IMG/VR virus record: IMGVR_UViG_3300029822_001167
Location: 1 to 30,110 of that record
Source of the DNA: a virus
Lineage: Duplodnaviria; Caudoviricetes
Reading direction: 5' to 3' (one strand)
Length of the DNA stretch: 30,110 bases
Shown: positions 1-8,373 of the stretch, piece by piece
Layout: each line of letters begins with the position of its first letter
Numbering within the stretch: position 1 is the stretch's first letter
Translations under genes and position numbers: made by a program
The notes under the pieces: model-generated
The model's database searches: none
Seen by the model: the letters and a program-made list of their open reading frames with translations, nothing else
What the model was told of the DNA's origin: nothing

Positions 1-933
1 TTATGTCATAGACTCCTTCGTTATATATGCGTTTCGGAGATTAATAGTGGTCCGCATATACTCTAGATCGCTCTCGATATACTTGGCCGTCTGCCTGGGG
101 TCCGTGTGGCCTACGATCCTCATTATATCAACGATCTGTGCATCCGATCTATATGCCGTGGTAATAAACTCCCTGCGCAGGCTGTGAGCCGTCCCGTCTA
201 CTCCGGCACTGTTCATGATCTCCTTACACCGCCTCCCAAGATACTCCGGAGTATAGCTTTTTAAAACTTTCATCTGTCTAAAGACCAGAAGCCGCCCATC
301 ACTTTCATCCACATCACAGAATTGGACCATGTTGCGCCTATACTCCATGTACATCTCTATTACCGGATCGGTGTCTCCGAGCAATGGTACGAGTCTGATC
401 TTACCTTGCGGACCATGCCCTTTCCCGTGGATGATCATGTGTCCTTTTTTTATGTCTTCCACTCCGATCTTGGCCATTTCTCCGCGGCGCAGCCCATAGT
501 TCCCTCCAAGGTAGAGCATCAAGACTTCAGCTTTGGTTTTGGCCGCTTTCATGGATGTGACAAACTCACTGTATGATATCCATTTCGCATTAGGCGTCTC
601 GCCGTTCGTGAGGATTTTTACGCAGTTCGGATCATAATTCTTAAAAAATCTGCACCACTGCCTGACAATGTATGAGTACGACTCCTGTGACGACCGAGAG
701 ACATTCATCGCGCCCAAAGCTACATAGACATCGTCCTCCTGGATCAGCCTTGGGTCGTCGTTCTTTCCGAGACTGCGCAGAATCCTGCAGAATGCATTCA
801 GAACTAAACGATATCTGTCGGTGGTAACCTCTTTCCGTCCCCGGATCAGGAGCCTCCCGAGGTACTCCTCGATGTCGGGATTTCGCGGTTCACACACAGA
901 CACACACAGACCGTCCTCGTCATAGACGCACAT
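1..933 (-). CDS. int: Tyrosine recombinase/integrase (XerC/D-like)
   Basis: Catalytic set GLRRGE (R), GKGH..K, HSLRR (HxxR), VGH, TAKY (Y). Start placed at ATG 933, which follows an SD-like AAGGTGGG. The longer ORF to 1131 has a non-protein-like N-terminus running through a hairpin/repeat region. Confidence 0.93.
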   Translation of the reverse strand: MCVYDEDGLCVSVCEPRNPDIEEYLGRLLIRGRKEVTTDRYRLVLNAFCRILRSLGKNDDPRLIQEDDVYVALGAMNVSRSSQESYSYIVRQWCRFFKNYDPNCVKILTNGETPNAKWISYSEFVTSMKAAKTKAEVLMLYLGGNYGLRRGEMAKIGVEDIKKGHMIIHGKGHGPQGKIRLVPLLGDTDPVIEMYMEYRRNMVQFCDVDESDGRLLVFRQMKVLKSYTPEYLGRRCKEIMNSAGVDGTAHSLRREFITTAYRSDAQIVDIMRIVGHTDPRQTAKYIESDLEYMRTTINLRNAYITKESMT

Positions 934-968
934 CTGCCCCACCTTGATATGGTTCACACACAGACACA
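887..968. repeat. 18-bp direct repeat GGTTCACACACAGACACA flanking the integrase start
   Basis: Identical copies at 887-904 and 951-968, internal tandem CACACACAGA x2 at 891-910, and a degenerate copy GGTGCACACAGACAGACA at 1102-1119. Confidence 0.85.
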
Positions 969-973
969 TATTC

Positions 974-1010
974 AAAAAAGATGTGCAGGGGACCTGCCAC
1001 GGTCCCCCGC
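974..1010 (-). terminator. Putative terminator hairpin plus T6 downstream of the Cas4-like gene
   Basis: GGGGACC(988-994)-6 nt-GGTCCCC(1001-1007), followed on the minus strand by TTTTTT (plus-strand A6 at 974-979). Confidence 0.5.
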
Positions 1011-1124
1011 GCAAGAGGGTGACAGAGCCGGAAGAACATCTGAAGAGGACGCGCTCCTGCCCTGCCGTCCATACTATGCAATGCCTCCATATAAGGCATC
1101 TGGTGCACACAGACAGACATGGGC

Positions 1125-1835
1125 TCACCACGCCTCACATATATGCCTATACTCGCAGCGAGCACATGCCTTGCCCCTATTAGGCAGGAACTGCAGATCA
1201 TTGATAGGCTTGATCACGTCCTCAATAATGTGGTGCTCAATAGCCTGTGTCGACGTATATGCTACCCTCCTCTGTATCCGTTGAGGGTCCTCGCGCAGGT
1301 AGTCCAGTGTGGCCACAATGTGAGTTGGAGGGACACCCAGTATCTTAGAGATGAGCATAGTGTAGATCCTGATCTGCTGCTCGTCCGTCTTCCGAAAGAG
1401 GCCTGTCTTCCAGTCGTCAATATAGACAGTAGACTTACTGATCGTCAAAAGGTCAACGAAACCAACTATAGGAACTCCCGCAACCATCCCGCTCACATGC
1501 ACCTCCGGATGGTGCCTCCCCGGTGTGCCCGGTTCGAAGCGCGGTTCCTGCCTCCGCAGCTCCTCGTATCCGGACAAGGATTGACTATGCCGCCTCTGCA
1601 TCTCGCTGTCAATAGGACACTCCGGACGGTAGATCTCGCAGCCAGGAGAATAGATCCTCTGCAAGGCGGAGTGCGTCCATCTCCCCTGCTCCGCATAGCG
1701 AGGGTCCCAGACCTTCGGCCGATCCTCACGGTAGTAGAGCGCGGCCAGGGGACATGCCTCATATTTTGAGATGAACGACGGCGACAGGTGGTCCATCGGG
1801 AATCCTCTTTGCGAGGAGAATAGATCCTCACTCAT
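1125..1835 (-). CDS. PD-(D/E)XK nuclease, Cas4/RecB(AddB)-like, with predicted Fe-S cysteines
   Basis: HLSPS...CP N-terminus, G...H, GFVDLL...IDDWKTG, QIRIY (QxxxY) and C-terminal CxxC...C (CARCEYRHIC). Confidence 0.85.
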   Translation of the reverse strand: MSEDLFSSQRGFPMDHLSPSFISKYEACPLAALYYREDRPKVWDPRYAEQGRWTHSALQRIYSPGCEIYRPECPIDSEMQRRHSQSLSGYEELRRQEPRFEPGTPGRHHPEVHVSGMVAGVPIVGFVDLLTISKSTVYIDDWKTGLFRKTDEQQIRIYTMLISKILGVPPTHIVATLDYLREDPQRIQRRVAYTSTQAIEHHIIEDVIKPINDLQFLPNRGKACARCEYRHICEAW

Positions 1836-1998
1836 CGTCTTCGCCGTCCTTGTAGCTGGGAATTCTCACGGTAACGTCAACATCTGAGCCGTCCTCCAGT
1901 CCGAGCTTGTCGATATCCTTGGCCCTCAACGCAGCATACCATGAGTTCCCGATCTTGCGAACTTCGGTTGCCAGTGTAACCTCTTTTCTTTTTGCCAT
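1828..1998 (-). CDS. AbrB/MazE (SpoVT-AbrB) family DNA-binding protein, 56 aa (absent from the ORF track)
   Basis: Hand translation gives MAKRKEVTLATEVRKIGNSWYAALRAKDIDKLGLEDGSDVDVTVRIPSYKDGEDDE*, with the KIGNS...LGL..G..V.V signature. Strong SD GGAGGTGA upstream; stop overlaps the Cas4-like start. Confidence 0.85.
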   Translation of the reverse strand: MAKRKEVTLATEVRKIGNSWYAALRAKDIDKLGLEDGSDVDVTVRIPSYKDGEDDE

Positions 1999-2159
1999 TC
2001 AATCACCTCCGCAGGCGTCCTCTCTGATCATGTATTCATCACTCCATTTCCTCCCCATCGAGGAGGTTATTCCGAGGAGCATGTCCCCGGCCAAAATATT
2101 ACACTCTGCCTTCATGGTTGGTAGCCATCTGCGGTCTCCCGCATTGCAATGTACAGCTT

Positions 2160-2545
2160 GCCGATATTTATAGTTTGTATATCCGACGTATATACAACTT
2201 AATAAATATCCCGGATTATTAAATAAAATGTATACACGGTGCCCCGGGATCGCATAAGCTACCAACCGTGCTGACCCGAGGCATATATTGTCATGTCTTT
2301 ACGATATAAAAGGGTGGGGCATGTGCCCCGGGGTCGCGAAATGTCACTGACGCGATGTCTCCGGGAGAGATGTCCATCCCAATCTCTCCCGGAGGATTGA
2401 GCTATGCACCTGGTCGGCTTTGTGTAATCGGTTTAAAGTGTGATCAAATATCAATATGATCTTTATTTAAATTCATTTATGCATAATCAACCATTAATAA
2501 CTTTTATATATATGTAATGACATGTAACATTAAGGGGAAACCCAA
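2160..2545. promoter_or_regulatory. AT-rich divergent control region with TATA boxes and operator-like repeats
   Basis: Minus-strand TATAAATA near 2172-2165 and plus-strand TTTATATA at 2503-2510. Inverted repeat TTGTATAT-N7-ATATACAA at 2175-2197 and direct repeat GTGCCCCGGG(A/G)TCGC at 2239-2253 and 2323-2337. Lies between divergent gene blocks. Confidence 0.7.
2359..2394. repeat. Perfect 13-bp inverted repeat with 10-nt spacer
   Basis: CTCCGGGAGAGAT (2359-2371) / ATCTCTCCCGGAG (2382-2394). Confidence 0.9.
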
Positions 2546-2558
2546 GGAGCAACCAAAC

Positions 2559-2825
2559 ATGGCAGCATACAAGGTAGGGCAGAGGATTGAGGCAGCATAC
2601 GAAACAAGCGTCTACAAGTCCGGGGTCTCCGGCTGGAGGTCCGAAACCGTGAACGCCGTCCTCGAGGTCATCTCGGCCGGCAGGGCGAGGGTCGTCAGCG
2701 CGTCGATGGAAAGAGCAGGATCCAACAGGCAGCAGTACAACGTCCGATCGGCCGAGAATTCTGAATCCGGCAAAATGAAGAACATCTCATCGCTCAGATC
2801 CGTTCAGATCGTCGGAGTTGAGTAA
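2559..2825 (+). CDS. Hypothetical protein (88 aa)
   Basis: ATG 2559 follows AAGGAG SD and TATA box at 2503; first gene of the only plus-strand block. Confidence 0.65.
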   Translation: MAAYKVGQRIEAAYETSVYKSGVSGWRSETVNAVLEVISAGRARVVSASMERAGSNRQQYNVRSAENSESGKMKNISSLRSVQIVGVE

Positions 2826-2826
2826 G

Positions 2827-3126
2827 ATGTCCGGGAAAAAGTGCGAGTGGTTCGTTATAGAGGATCGCGGCGACATATTTTTTGAGGAGCTACACGAGAG
2901 CGAAGAAGAGGCGAGGAGTGCGATGATATGGTCCTTCAGGAGAAGGACCCCCTTCGACCGGAGAGATATCCTTGCGAATAAGGGCAAGGTAAGGCTGTAC
3001 GTTGCACACACCTCTACTGAGGAGGAGATTGGCAGTGCCGAGTGGTTTGACAGCATTGACAAGACCATATCTATGGAAGATGCGCTGAAGGCCCTGGAAG
3101 AGGAAGAGGAAGAGGAGGAGTCCTAA
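2827..3126 (+). CDS. Hypothetical acidic protein with poly-Glu tail
   Basis: ATG 1 nt after the previous stop; abuts the next gene; ends EEEEEEEES. Confidence 0.7.
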   Translation: MSGKKCEWFVIEDRGDIFFEELHESEEEARSAMIWSFRRRTPFDRRDILANKGKVRLYVAHTSTEEEIGSAEWFDSIDKTISMEDALKALEEEEEEEES

Positions 3127-3555
3127 ATGGCAAAAATAATCAACGGCAAGAGATACGACACGGCGACCGCATCGCACGTTGCCACACACGAGTATGGCAA
3201 CCGGCGCGACTTTGGGTATTTCGTTGAGGATTTGTATAAGAAGCGCACAGGGGAGTACTTCCTTTATGGTGAGGGCGGCCCTGCGTCCAAGTATGCAACG
3301 TCGACGGGGAACAACTCATGGTCCGGAGGAGATAGGATCATCCCGATGAGTTACGATGCGGCCAGACAGTGGGCCGAGAAGCATATGGACGCGTCCGAGT
3401 ATGAGGCCGAATTCGGCGCGGTCGACGAGGGCGGCGAGAAGCGGACCGTCGGGATATCCATCACCGCCGGAGCGCACGATAAACTTAAGAGGGCGGCTCA
3501 GGAGAGGGGAATGTCCCTTTCTGCGCTGATCGAGGAGTTCGCCCTGAGCTTGTGA
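3127..3555 (+). CDS. Mobile-element protein (KIINGKRYDT N-terminus) with C-terminal ribbon-helix-helix domain
   Basis: C-terminal TVGISITAGAHDKLKRAAQERGMSLSALIEEF has the RHH beta-alpha-alpha pattern; followed by a pyrimidine/T tract at about 3566-3582. Confidence 0.75.
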   Translation: MAKIINGKRYDTATASHVATHEYGNRRDFGYFVEDLYKKRTGEYFLYGEGGPASKYATSTGNNSWSGGDRIIPMSYDAARQWAEKHMDASEYEAEFGAVDEGGEKRTVGISITAGAHDKLKRAAQERGMSLSALIEEFALSL

Positions 3556-3580
3556 TCGGATTAAACCCTTTCCCCCCTTT

Positions 3581-4129
3581 TTACTGCCGTAACGACCAGT
3601 TGACATCCGACTCGATGATAGGGATATTGTCCCAGAACTCTCCTACAACGAGAATCATCGAGATCCTAGCGTGTCCGGAGCCATCTGTTGTTGCGGACAT
3701 GTCGCACGCCTCATGGTGCACTACAAAGTCATCATACATCATGAAGGCGGAATAGTGTAATTTCTGGCCAGGGTCGTAGAGGTCTAAGAATGATATGTCC
3801 TCGATGTCTACCGTCACTCCGGGATCAGAGTATAGATCGATGTAGTACTCGAGGATAAGCATGGACCCGGCGGGTCTGCTGTAGGTTGTTGCGTCAGAGT
3901 TCCATACCGTGCAGACCTCAGAAAGGTCTGTTATGCTCGACATGTCCACTATAGCAGCCCCATTCCCTGATACCAGGTCCCCATCATAGGATGTGTATGC
4001 GTTGTACCCGAACTCATACTCGCCATAGGCCCGCTCATTACCTTGATCCCAATAATATGCGGCCATGGCCGCAAAAACCACAGCTGCGACAATGGCTACC
4101 GCCAAAGCTGCTCGATACGTCCTCTTCAT
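3581..4129 (-). CDS. Membrane-anchored/secreted hypothetical protein
   Basis: Basic N-terminus, then hydrophobic AALAVAIVAAVVFAAMAAYYW, then an acidic ectodomain. Confidence 0.75.
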   Translation of the reverse strand: MKRTYRAALAVAIVAAVVFAAMAAYYWDQGNERAYGEYEFGYNAYTSYDGDLVSGNGAAIVDMSSITDLSEVCTVWNSDATTYSRPAGSMLILEYYIDLYSDPGVTVDIEDISFLDLYDPGQKLHYSAFMMYDDFVVHHEACDMSATTDGSGHARISMILVVGEFWDNIPIIESDVNWSLRQ

Positions 4130-4150
4130 GAGAGAACATCATCTTATCTT

Positions 4151-6364
4151 TTATAAAACCATTTGAACGTTGACTATCAGGCTTTGGTTGGAATACTTAT
4201 CGGGTCTTCTGTGCTGATCTATGTCTATTACCGTGGTCCCGTCGACACGGATCTTGGAGATGGCATACTGTCCGGTGACGGTGCTCACCCCACGCCCGAA
4301 GTAAGCAGACAGCACGCAGATTCCTAGATCGACGACTTTCAAAACGTCGGCTACGGCCGAAACATAGCCTTTCTCGACGCTGTATATCTCTATGGTGTGG
4401 GAGGATGATCCGGACAGCGTGGCCGCCGAAACAACAGAGACGTACTGCTTGGCGAACACATCGTTAGACGATGCCTCGACGGCGATGTTACCTGCAGTGT
4501 ATGCCATTTTTGTCGAGTCGATGAGGCTGTTGGCATACATTTCAGAGTAGTTATTCAGGACGAGCGTTGTCTGTTGAGTGCTGACATCGATCTGCACCTC
4601 TTTGATCCTTGCCTGATAGTCTGACATCCCAAATCTCGAATCGTATATTCTAATAGGCCGACCGCCGACGAATATCCCTGTCGATATCATTAGATCGGTA
4701 TAGATCCCGGAGAGTACTATTGTGCCCTCCCAGTCTTTTGACCTGTTAGTTACGATCTCGGAGTATGAAGACAAGGCCGCATCCTCAACCGTAGTCACAC
4801 TTCCGTCCACCACAGACACGGCCGACCCCACAGTGACCTCCGGGTCCCTCATTGCTATAATAATCGGGGTGCCGTCGTCCTTTGTCCCTTTAGTAATGGC
4901 AAGAAATGGACGGTACATCATAGTCATGGATGGAGAGAACCTCATCATCGGGATCGCTCCGCTGACAGGGGACTCATCTCCGGCATAGTAGAGGACGACG
5001 GCGGCAGTATCTGACGCCTTAAGCCTATATCCTAGATTGATGGCGCCCCACGTCACCGGGGAGCATGATATAGCATGCTGCCGGCCGGCATATGTTCCGC
5101 TTGGCTCGGACATGTCGGCAAGAGCCAAGAGATAGCTGAAAAAGTTCGCCCCGGCGCAGCGGAACACGCCCACGGTGCGACTGCTGGATATGGTCGACGC
5201 GCCATATCCCGCGGCATAGCATATGCTCTGGAAGATGGTCGACATCGACAAGCCCCCGGCAAGGTCAAGATAAGTTATCCTCGCGCGGCCTATATACTCC
5301 GGACTGCCCATAGACGATGATATCGTGGTGACGTTGTTGATTCCGGTCACATAGTACTTGGTCGCATTATCGGCGTCGGCCTGACCCGCGTTAGCATATT
5401 CGTAGTATGATCCTACATATATCGATTTAAAAATAACATCGTTAAGCGTCCCGCTATCATACGTGCTACCGGTTACAAAGTGACGGTAGTACTCGAATGT
5501 GGACCCAGGGTAGCTCGCCATATCCATATCCGCGCCATAAGTTGTCGAGATGTTGTCAATAATTACGTCTATCGATTTACCGCGGACATATGTCGGTGCG
5601 TCCAGCGTTATGGACCTCAATGTATCCATCGAGCTGAAAGAGGATTCGCTATAGGTCTTGGAGGCTACGACCGCCCCCTCGACAAGCAATCTTACTCTGC
5701 ACCTTAGCATATTTTTACGATAAAATGAAAACGAAAAAAGCCAGTCCAGATCTAGTGCAAACGTGAATTTTGCAGTGCCATCGCTCGCAAAGCGCATGCT
5801 GAAAGAATAAAACTGACTAACGCTGATGTTGCTATTGACAGCCCACTGTACATCGCCGCCGGTCGCACTCAGTGTGACCCCTGCCGGCTTGGTTACATAC
5901 AGTTTTTCGGCGACGGGATCCCAGCCGCCGTAGGCATTCTCTAAGTTGTGCTGCTGCGCCGAAGAGTAGTGGTTGCGGTGGTAGTCTGCTCCTGTCGCCC
6001 TCAGGATCTGAATGGCATCGCCGAACGTCAGTTTGATCAAATCGTCTGCAACAGACATTTCTGTGATCATAAAAATGCCAATAAGATTACCTGGAATCCC
6101 TTCGTTTCTATAAATGTATAAGAACATCCCCGGTCGTATGGCCCCGGATCCAGATGACCACAAGGTGCACTCACTGCTTAGCAGATTATTGGCGGATGTC
6201 TTAAGATCATTAACCAGCGTTAGGGATCCTGTCACTCCAAAGTTCTCCACGAATTTGAGTTTTGGACCTTGCATGTACCCTGATATGTTAATGAAGTCCC
6301 CACCAATTGTTCTTGATAAATGAACAGTTGAATTTACGTAGTCTACCATATGTATCACTGACAA
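4151..6364 (-). CDS. Tail tip/baseplate hub-like protein (737 aa)
   Basis: Position after tail tube, tape-measure-like and Dit-like genes; beta-rich S/T/G composition; RIKEVQIDVSTQQTTLVLNN resembles hub-protein C-terminal strands. Confidence 0.6.
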   Translation of the reverse strand: MSVIHMVDYVNSTVHLSRTIGGDFINISGYMQGPKLKFVENFGVTGSLTLVNDLKTSANNLLSSECTLWSSGSGAIRPGMFLYIYRNEGIPGNLIGIFMITEMSVADDLIKLTFGDAIQILRATGADYHRNHYSSAQQHNLENAYGGWDPVAEKLYVTKPAGVTLSATGGDVQWAVNSNISVSQFYSFSMRFASDGTAKFTFALDLDWLFSFSFYRKNMLRCRVRLLVEGAVVASKTYSESSFSSMDTLRSITLDAPTYVRGKSIDVIIDNISTTYGADMDMASYPGSTFEYYRHFVTGSTYDSGTLNDVIFKSIYVGSYYEYANAGQADADNATKYYVTGINNVTTISSSMGSPEYIGRARITYLDLAGGLSMSTIFQSICYAAGYGASTISSSRTVGVFRCAGANFFSYLLALADMSEPSGTYAGRQHAISCSPVTWGAINLGYRLKASDTAAVVLYYAGDESPVSGAIPMMRFSPSMTMMYRPFLAITKGTKDDGTPIIIAMRDPEVTVGSAVSVVDGSVTTVEDAALSSYSEIVTNRSKDWEGTIVLSGIYTDLMISTGIFVGGRPIRIYDSRFGMSDYQARIKEVQIDVSTQQTTLVLNNYSEMYANSLIDSTKMAYTAGNIAVEASSNDVFAKQYVSVVSAATLSGSSSHTIEIYSVEKGYVSAVADVLKVVDLGICVLSAYFGRGVSTVTGQYAISKIRVDGTTVIDIDQHRRPDKYSNQSLIVNVQMVL

Positions 6365-6693
6365 ATAACCATCATGTTAAATGTAACCCAGATCCCCGAC
6401 TCGGAGTCGGTGGACAGGGACACGCAGATGCCGGACCTGGTGCCCTCTTCTGAATGTGTTATGCTAAGGGTGGCCCCCTTCATCCCTTCGAGGATGGCCA
6501 CATTGGATGCCGTCCTCCTGCATACGCCGGTAATGCTCGTAGTAGGTGAATTGAGGCCGGTGACGTGGACAATATCGTAATTAGCGCCGTCTACCTCATG
6601 CCGCTTGTACTTGACCGTGGATGTCCACGGAGACATGGTGACGAAGCGTATCTCGGAGCTTATCGGTGAGCCGTCCTTAGAGACCGCGATCAT
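6355..6693 (-). CDS. Putative distal tail (Dit-like) protein
   Basis: 112-aa beta-rich ORF with overlapping start/stop in the tail operon; call is positional. Confidence 0.45.
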   Translation of the reverse strand: MIAVSKDGSPISSEIRFVTMSPWTSTVKYKRHEVDGANYDIVHVTGLNSPTTSITGVCRRTASNVAILEGMKGATLSITHSEEGTRSGICVSLSTDSESGIWVTFNMMVICQ

Positions 6694-7310
6694 ATGATCC
6701 GCCCTCCGCTGATAGTGGCGTTGATGCCTGTAGCCGTATCGACGTTGCTGGCGGTGTTCTCGATAACGATCTGGGTGCTCGAATTGGTAGTAGTCCTTGA
6801 CCCGCCGGCCATAGTTGCCGCGAGAAGTCCGCCTGCCGCACCCACTCCCACCCCGACGAGGGCTGCCTTCCAGGGCGACTGCATCACGCTCCTGAATGTC
6901 TCCACCACCGCTAGACCGAGCTCCGACGTTTTGAGGGCCTCGGATACCGCCTGCAGTGCCTTGATCCCCGACGCAAACCCGACCAGAATCTGAAACCCTG
7001 CATTGAGCTTCTGCAGCGCCGCGGCGTTATCTCCCGACACGATCCCAAGGGTTATCAGGCCGCTGGTAACGGCGCTGACACTCTCTTTGACCGTCATGAG
7101 GACGGCCACTTGCTTGACGAATTGAGCTTCTTGCCGAGTAAAAGATTGAGTGGTCCTGTCGGTAGCGGTTTCCAGGCCCTGCTGATCGATGGTGGTCTGC
7201 TTGATCTTCTCCGAGGCCTTGGATGTGGACTGCTCGATGCCGGATGCTGTCGCAGAGACGTTGTCGATCATCTCAAAAACATATTTGAGATGCGTGTCCA
7301 TGTCGCTCAT
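6690..7310 (-). CDS. Short tape-measure-like protein 2 (206 aa)
   Basis: Start MSDMDTHLKY at 7310 with ATGA overlap. N-terminal IDNVSATA motif, helical Q/A/T-rich region and hydrophobic G/A-rich segments are typical of tape measures. Confidence 0.6.
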   Translation of the reverse strand: MSDMDTHLKYVFEMIDNVSATASGIEQSTSKASEKIKQTTIDQQGLETATDRTTQSFTRQEAQFVKQVAVLMTVKESVSAVTSGLITLGIVSGDNAAALQKLNAGFQILVGFASGIKALQAVSEALKTSELGLAVVETFRSVMQSPWKAALVGVGVGAAGGLLAATMAGGSRTTTNSSTQIVIENTASNVDTATGINATISGGRII

Positions 7311-7747
7311 GGCATCGCCGCCTGCACCCCGCTGATCGCGTCCTGTCTGCCGGTAGGGGTCGATAGGTCCGCTCTTATCCTCGTGATGAGCGCATACATC
7401 CCGATGCTTGCGGCCGCGGCTGCCCCCGTCGCTAAGGCAATGGTCGACCATCCCTCGGGATTCCAAGAGTTGGCCGCGACCAAGGCGGCCGACTGTGCCG
7501 TCTCCTGAGCGGTTTTGGCTGTGATTCGGGCCTTGACGATCGACGTTATTCCCAACACTCCTGTAGCTACAGATAGTGCGCCTGTAGCTACAGATAGTGC
7601 CGCCGCCGTCTCGTTACTGATAAGCCCTAGTCCGCGGAGGCCGCTGGTCACACCGGACATCCCGGTGCGGAGGCCGTTGGCAGAGCTCTTCGTAGACGAT
7701 ATGTCGAGAACTGATACGGCCGAGAGGTTATCGAGGGCCGATATCAC
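7307..7747 (-). CDS. Short tape-measure-like protein 1 (146 aa), paralogue of the downstream gene
   Basis: ISALDNLS N-terminus resembles tape-measure starts; A/G-rich hydrophobic helices; shares VTSGL..LG..S...AAAL with 6690-7310. Confidence 0.55.
   Translation of the reverse strand: MISALDNLSAVSVLDISSTKSSANGLRTGMSGVTSGLRGLGLISNETAAALSVATGALSVATGVLGITSIVKARITAKTAQETAQSAALVAANSWNPEGWSTIALATGAAAAASIGMYALITRIRADLSTPTGRQDAISGVQAAMP
7560..7601. repeat. 21-bp tandem duplication (ALSVATG x2)
   Basis: CCTGTAGCTACAGATAGTGC(G/C) at 7560-7580 and 7581-7601, 20/21 identical; each unit contains the palindrome CTGTAGCTACAG. Confidence 0.9.
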
Positions 7748-8373
7748 AACTTCACCCCCATTTGCTTGTATAGCTGGCGCTCCCTCTGTCTTTCAGCCTT
7801 AAGAACAGCCTGCAGGACCTCCTGCTGCTGCATGGTCATGTTGTCCATGAGCTCCTTGTCAATGATCTTGACATCGAAGCGCTCCGCTATGTCCATGTAT
7901 ACCGTGTCGACCGGGCCTGCATGGGCCGTGAGCACCGAGAGCATCTGCCGTACGGCTTCCTGCTCCTCAGGTGTGAGCAGGTCCAAAAAAACGTTCAGGT
8001 CGTCCACGCTGTTAAGGACAGGATGCTCGATGCACCCTATGGCATACAGATCGAGGGTCGGCATGATCTTGGCCGCGAGCTCCTGGACGTACGTTCTGAG
8101 GTCGCTGTCAGCATCCGGCAGAGATGCCAAAGGCACAAGCGTCCGGAACTCGTCCTCCCACTCTACAAGCTCCGGGTACATCTCATGGCGGATCCCATCT
8201 ATAGGTACCCTATAGGACCTCGATAGATATCGCATAACTACGTCTCCATACTGTGCGGTGCGGATAATGAAACGTTTTCTGTGTTGCCTCAGGATATCCT
8301 CGATCGGGACATGTCGGACAGCGGGCATATCCTCGACATCGCACTGGCAACCGTCGAAGCCCACATCCGGCAT
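7744..8373 (-). CDS. Putative tail assembly chaperone
   Basis: Sits between tail tube and tape-measure-like genes; helical, acidic; start at 8373 gives a TGATG overlap with the tube stop. Confidence 0.5.
   Translation of the reverse strand: MPDVGFDGCQCDVEDMPAVRHVPIEDILRQHRKRFIIRTAQYGDVVMRYLSRSYRVPIDGIRHEMYPELVEWEDEFRTLVPLASLPDADSDLRTYVQELAAKIMPTLDLYAIGCIEHPVLNSVDDLNVFLDLLTPEEQEAVRQMLSVLTAHAGPVDTVYMDIAERFDVKIIDKELMDNMTMQQQEVLQAVLKAERQRERQLYKQMGVKL

Noticed and set aside
887-1119. Mini-CRISPR array next to the Cas4-like gene
   Set aside because: Only two exact 18-bp copies, irregular spacing to the third, low complexity, and one copy lies inside the integrase CDS.
934-1124. tRNA or tRNA-derived att core upstream of int
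   Set aside because: Hairpins are present but no cloverleaf or T-loop GTTCRA consensus was found.
934-1131. N-terminal extension of the integrase in the ORF track
   Set aside because: Cys/Trp-rich non-protein-like sequence crossing hairpins; a better start with an SD-like site exists at 933.
1119-1769. 216-aa plus-strand ORF
   Set aside because: Antisense to the motif-bearing Cas4-like nuclease.
1999-2265. 88-aa minus-strand ORF in the control region
   Set aside because: The upstream half crosses TATA and operator elements. A 38-aa version from ATG 2115 is possible but unsupported.
7311-7466. Upstream extension of the 258-aa ORF suggesting a fused tape measure
   Set aside because: The extension is non-protein-like and overlaps the 146-aa gene; a clean ATGA junction exists at 7307-7310 and no convincing slippery site was seen.
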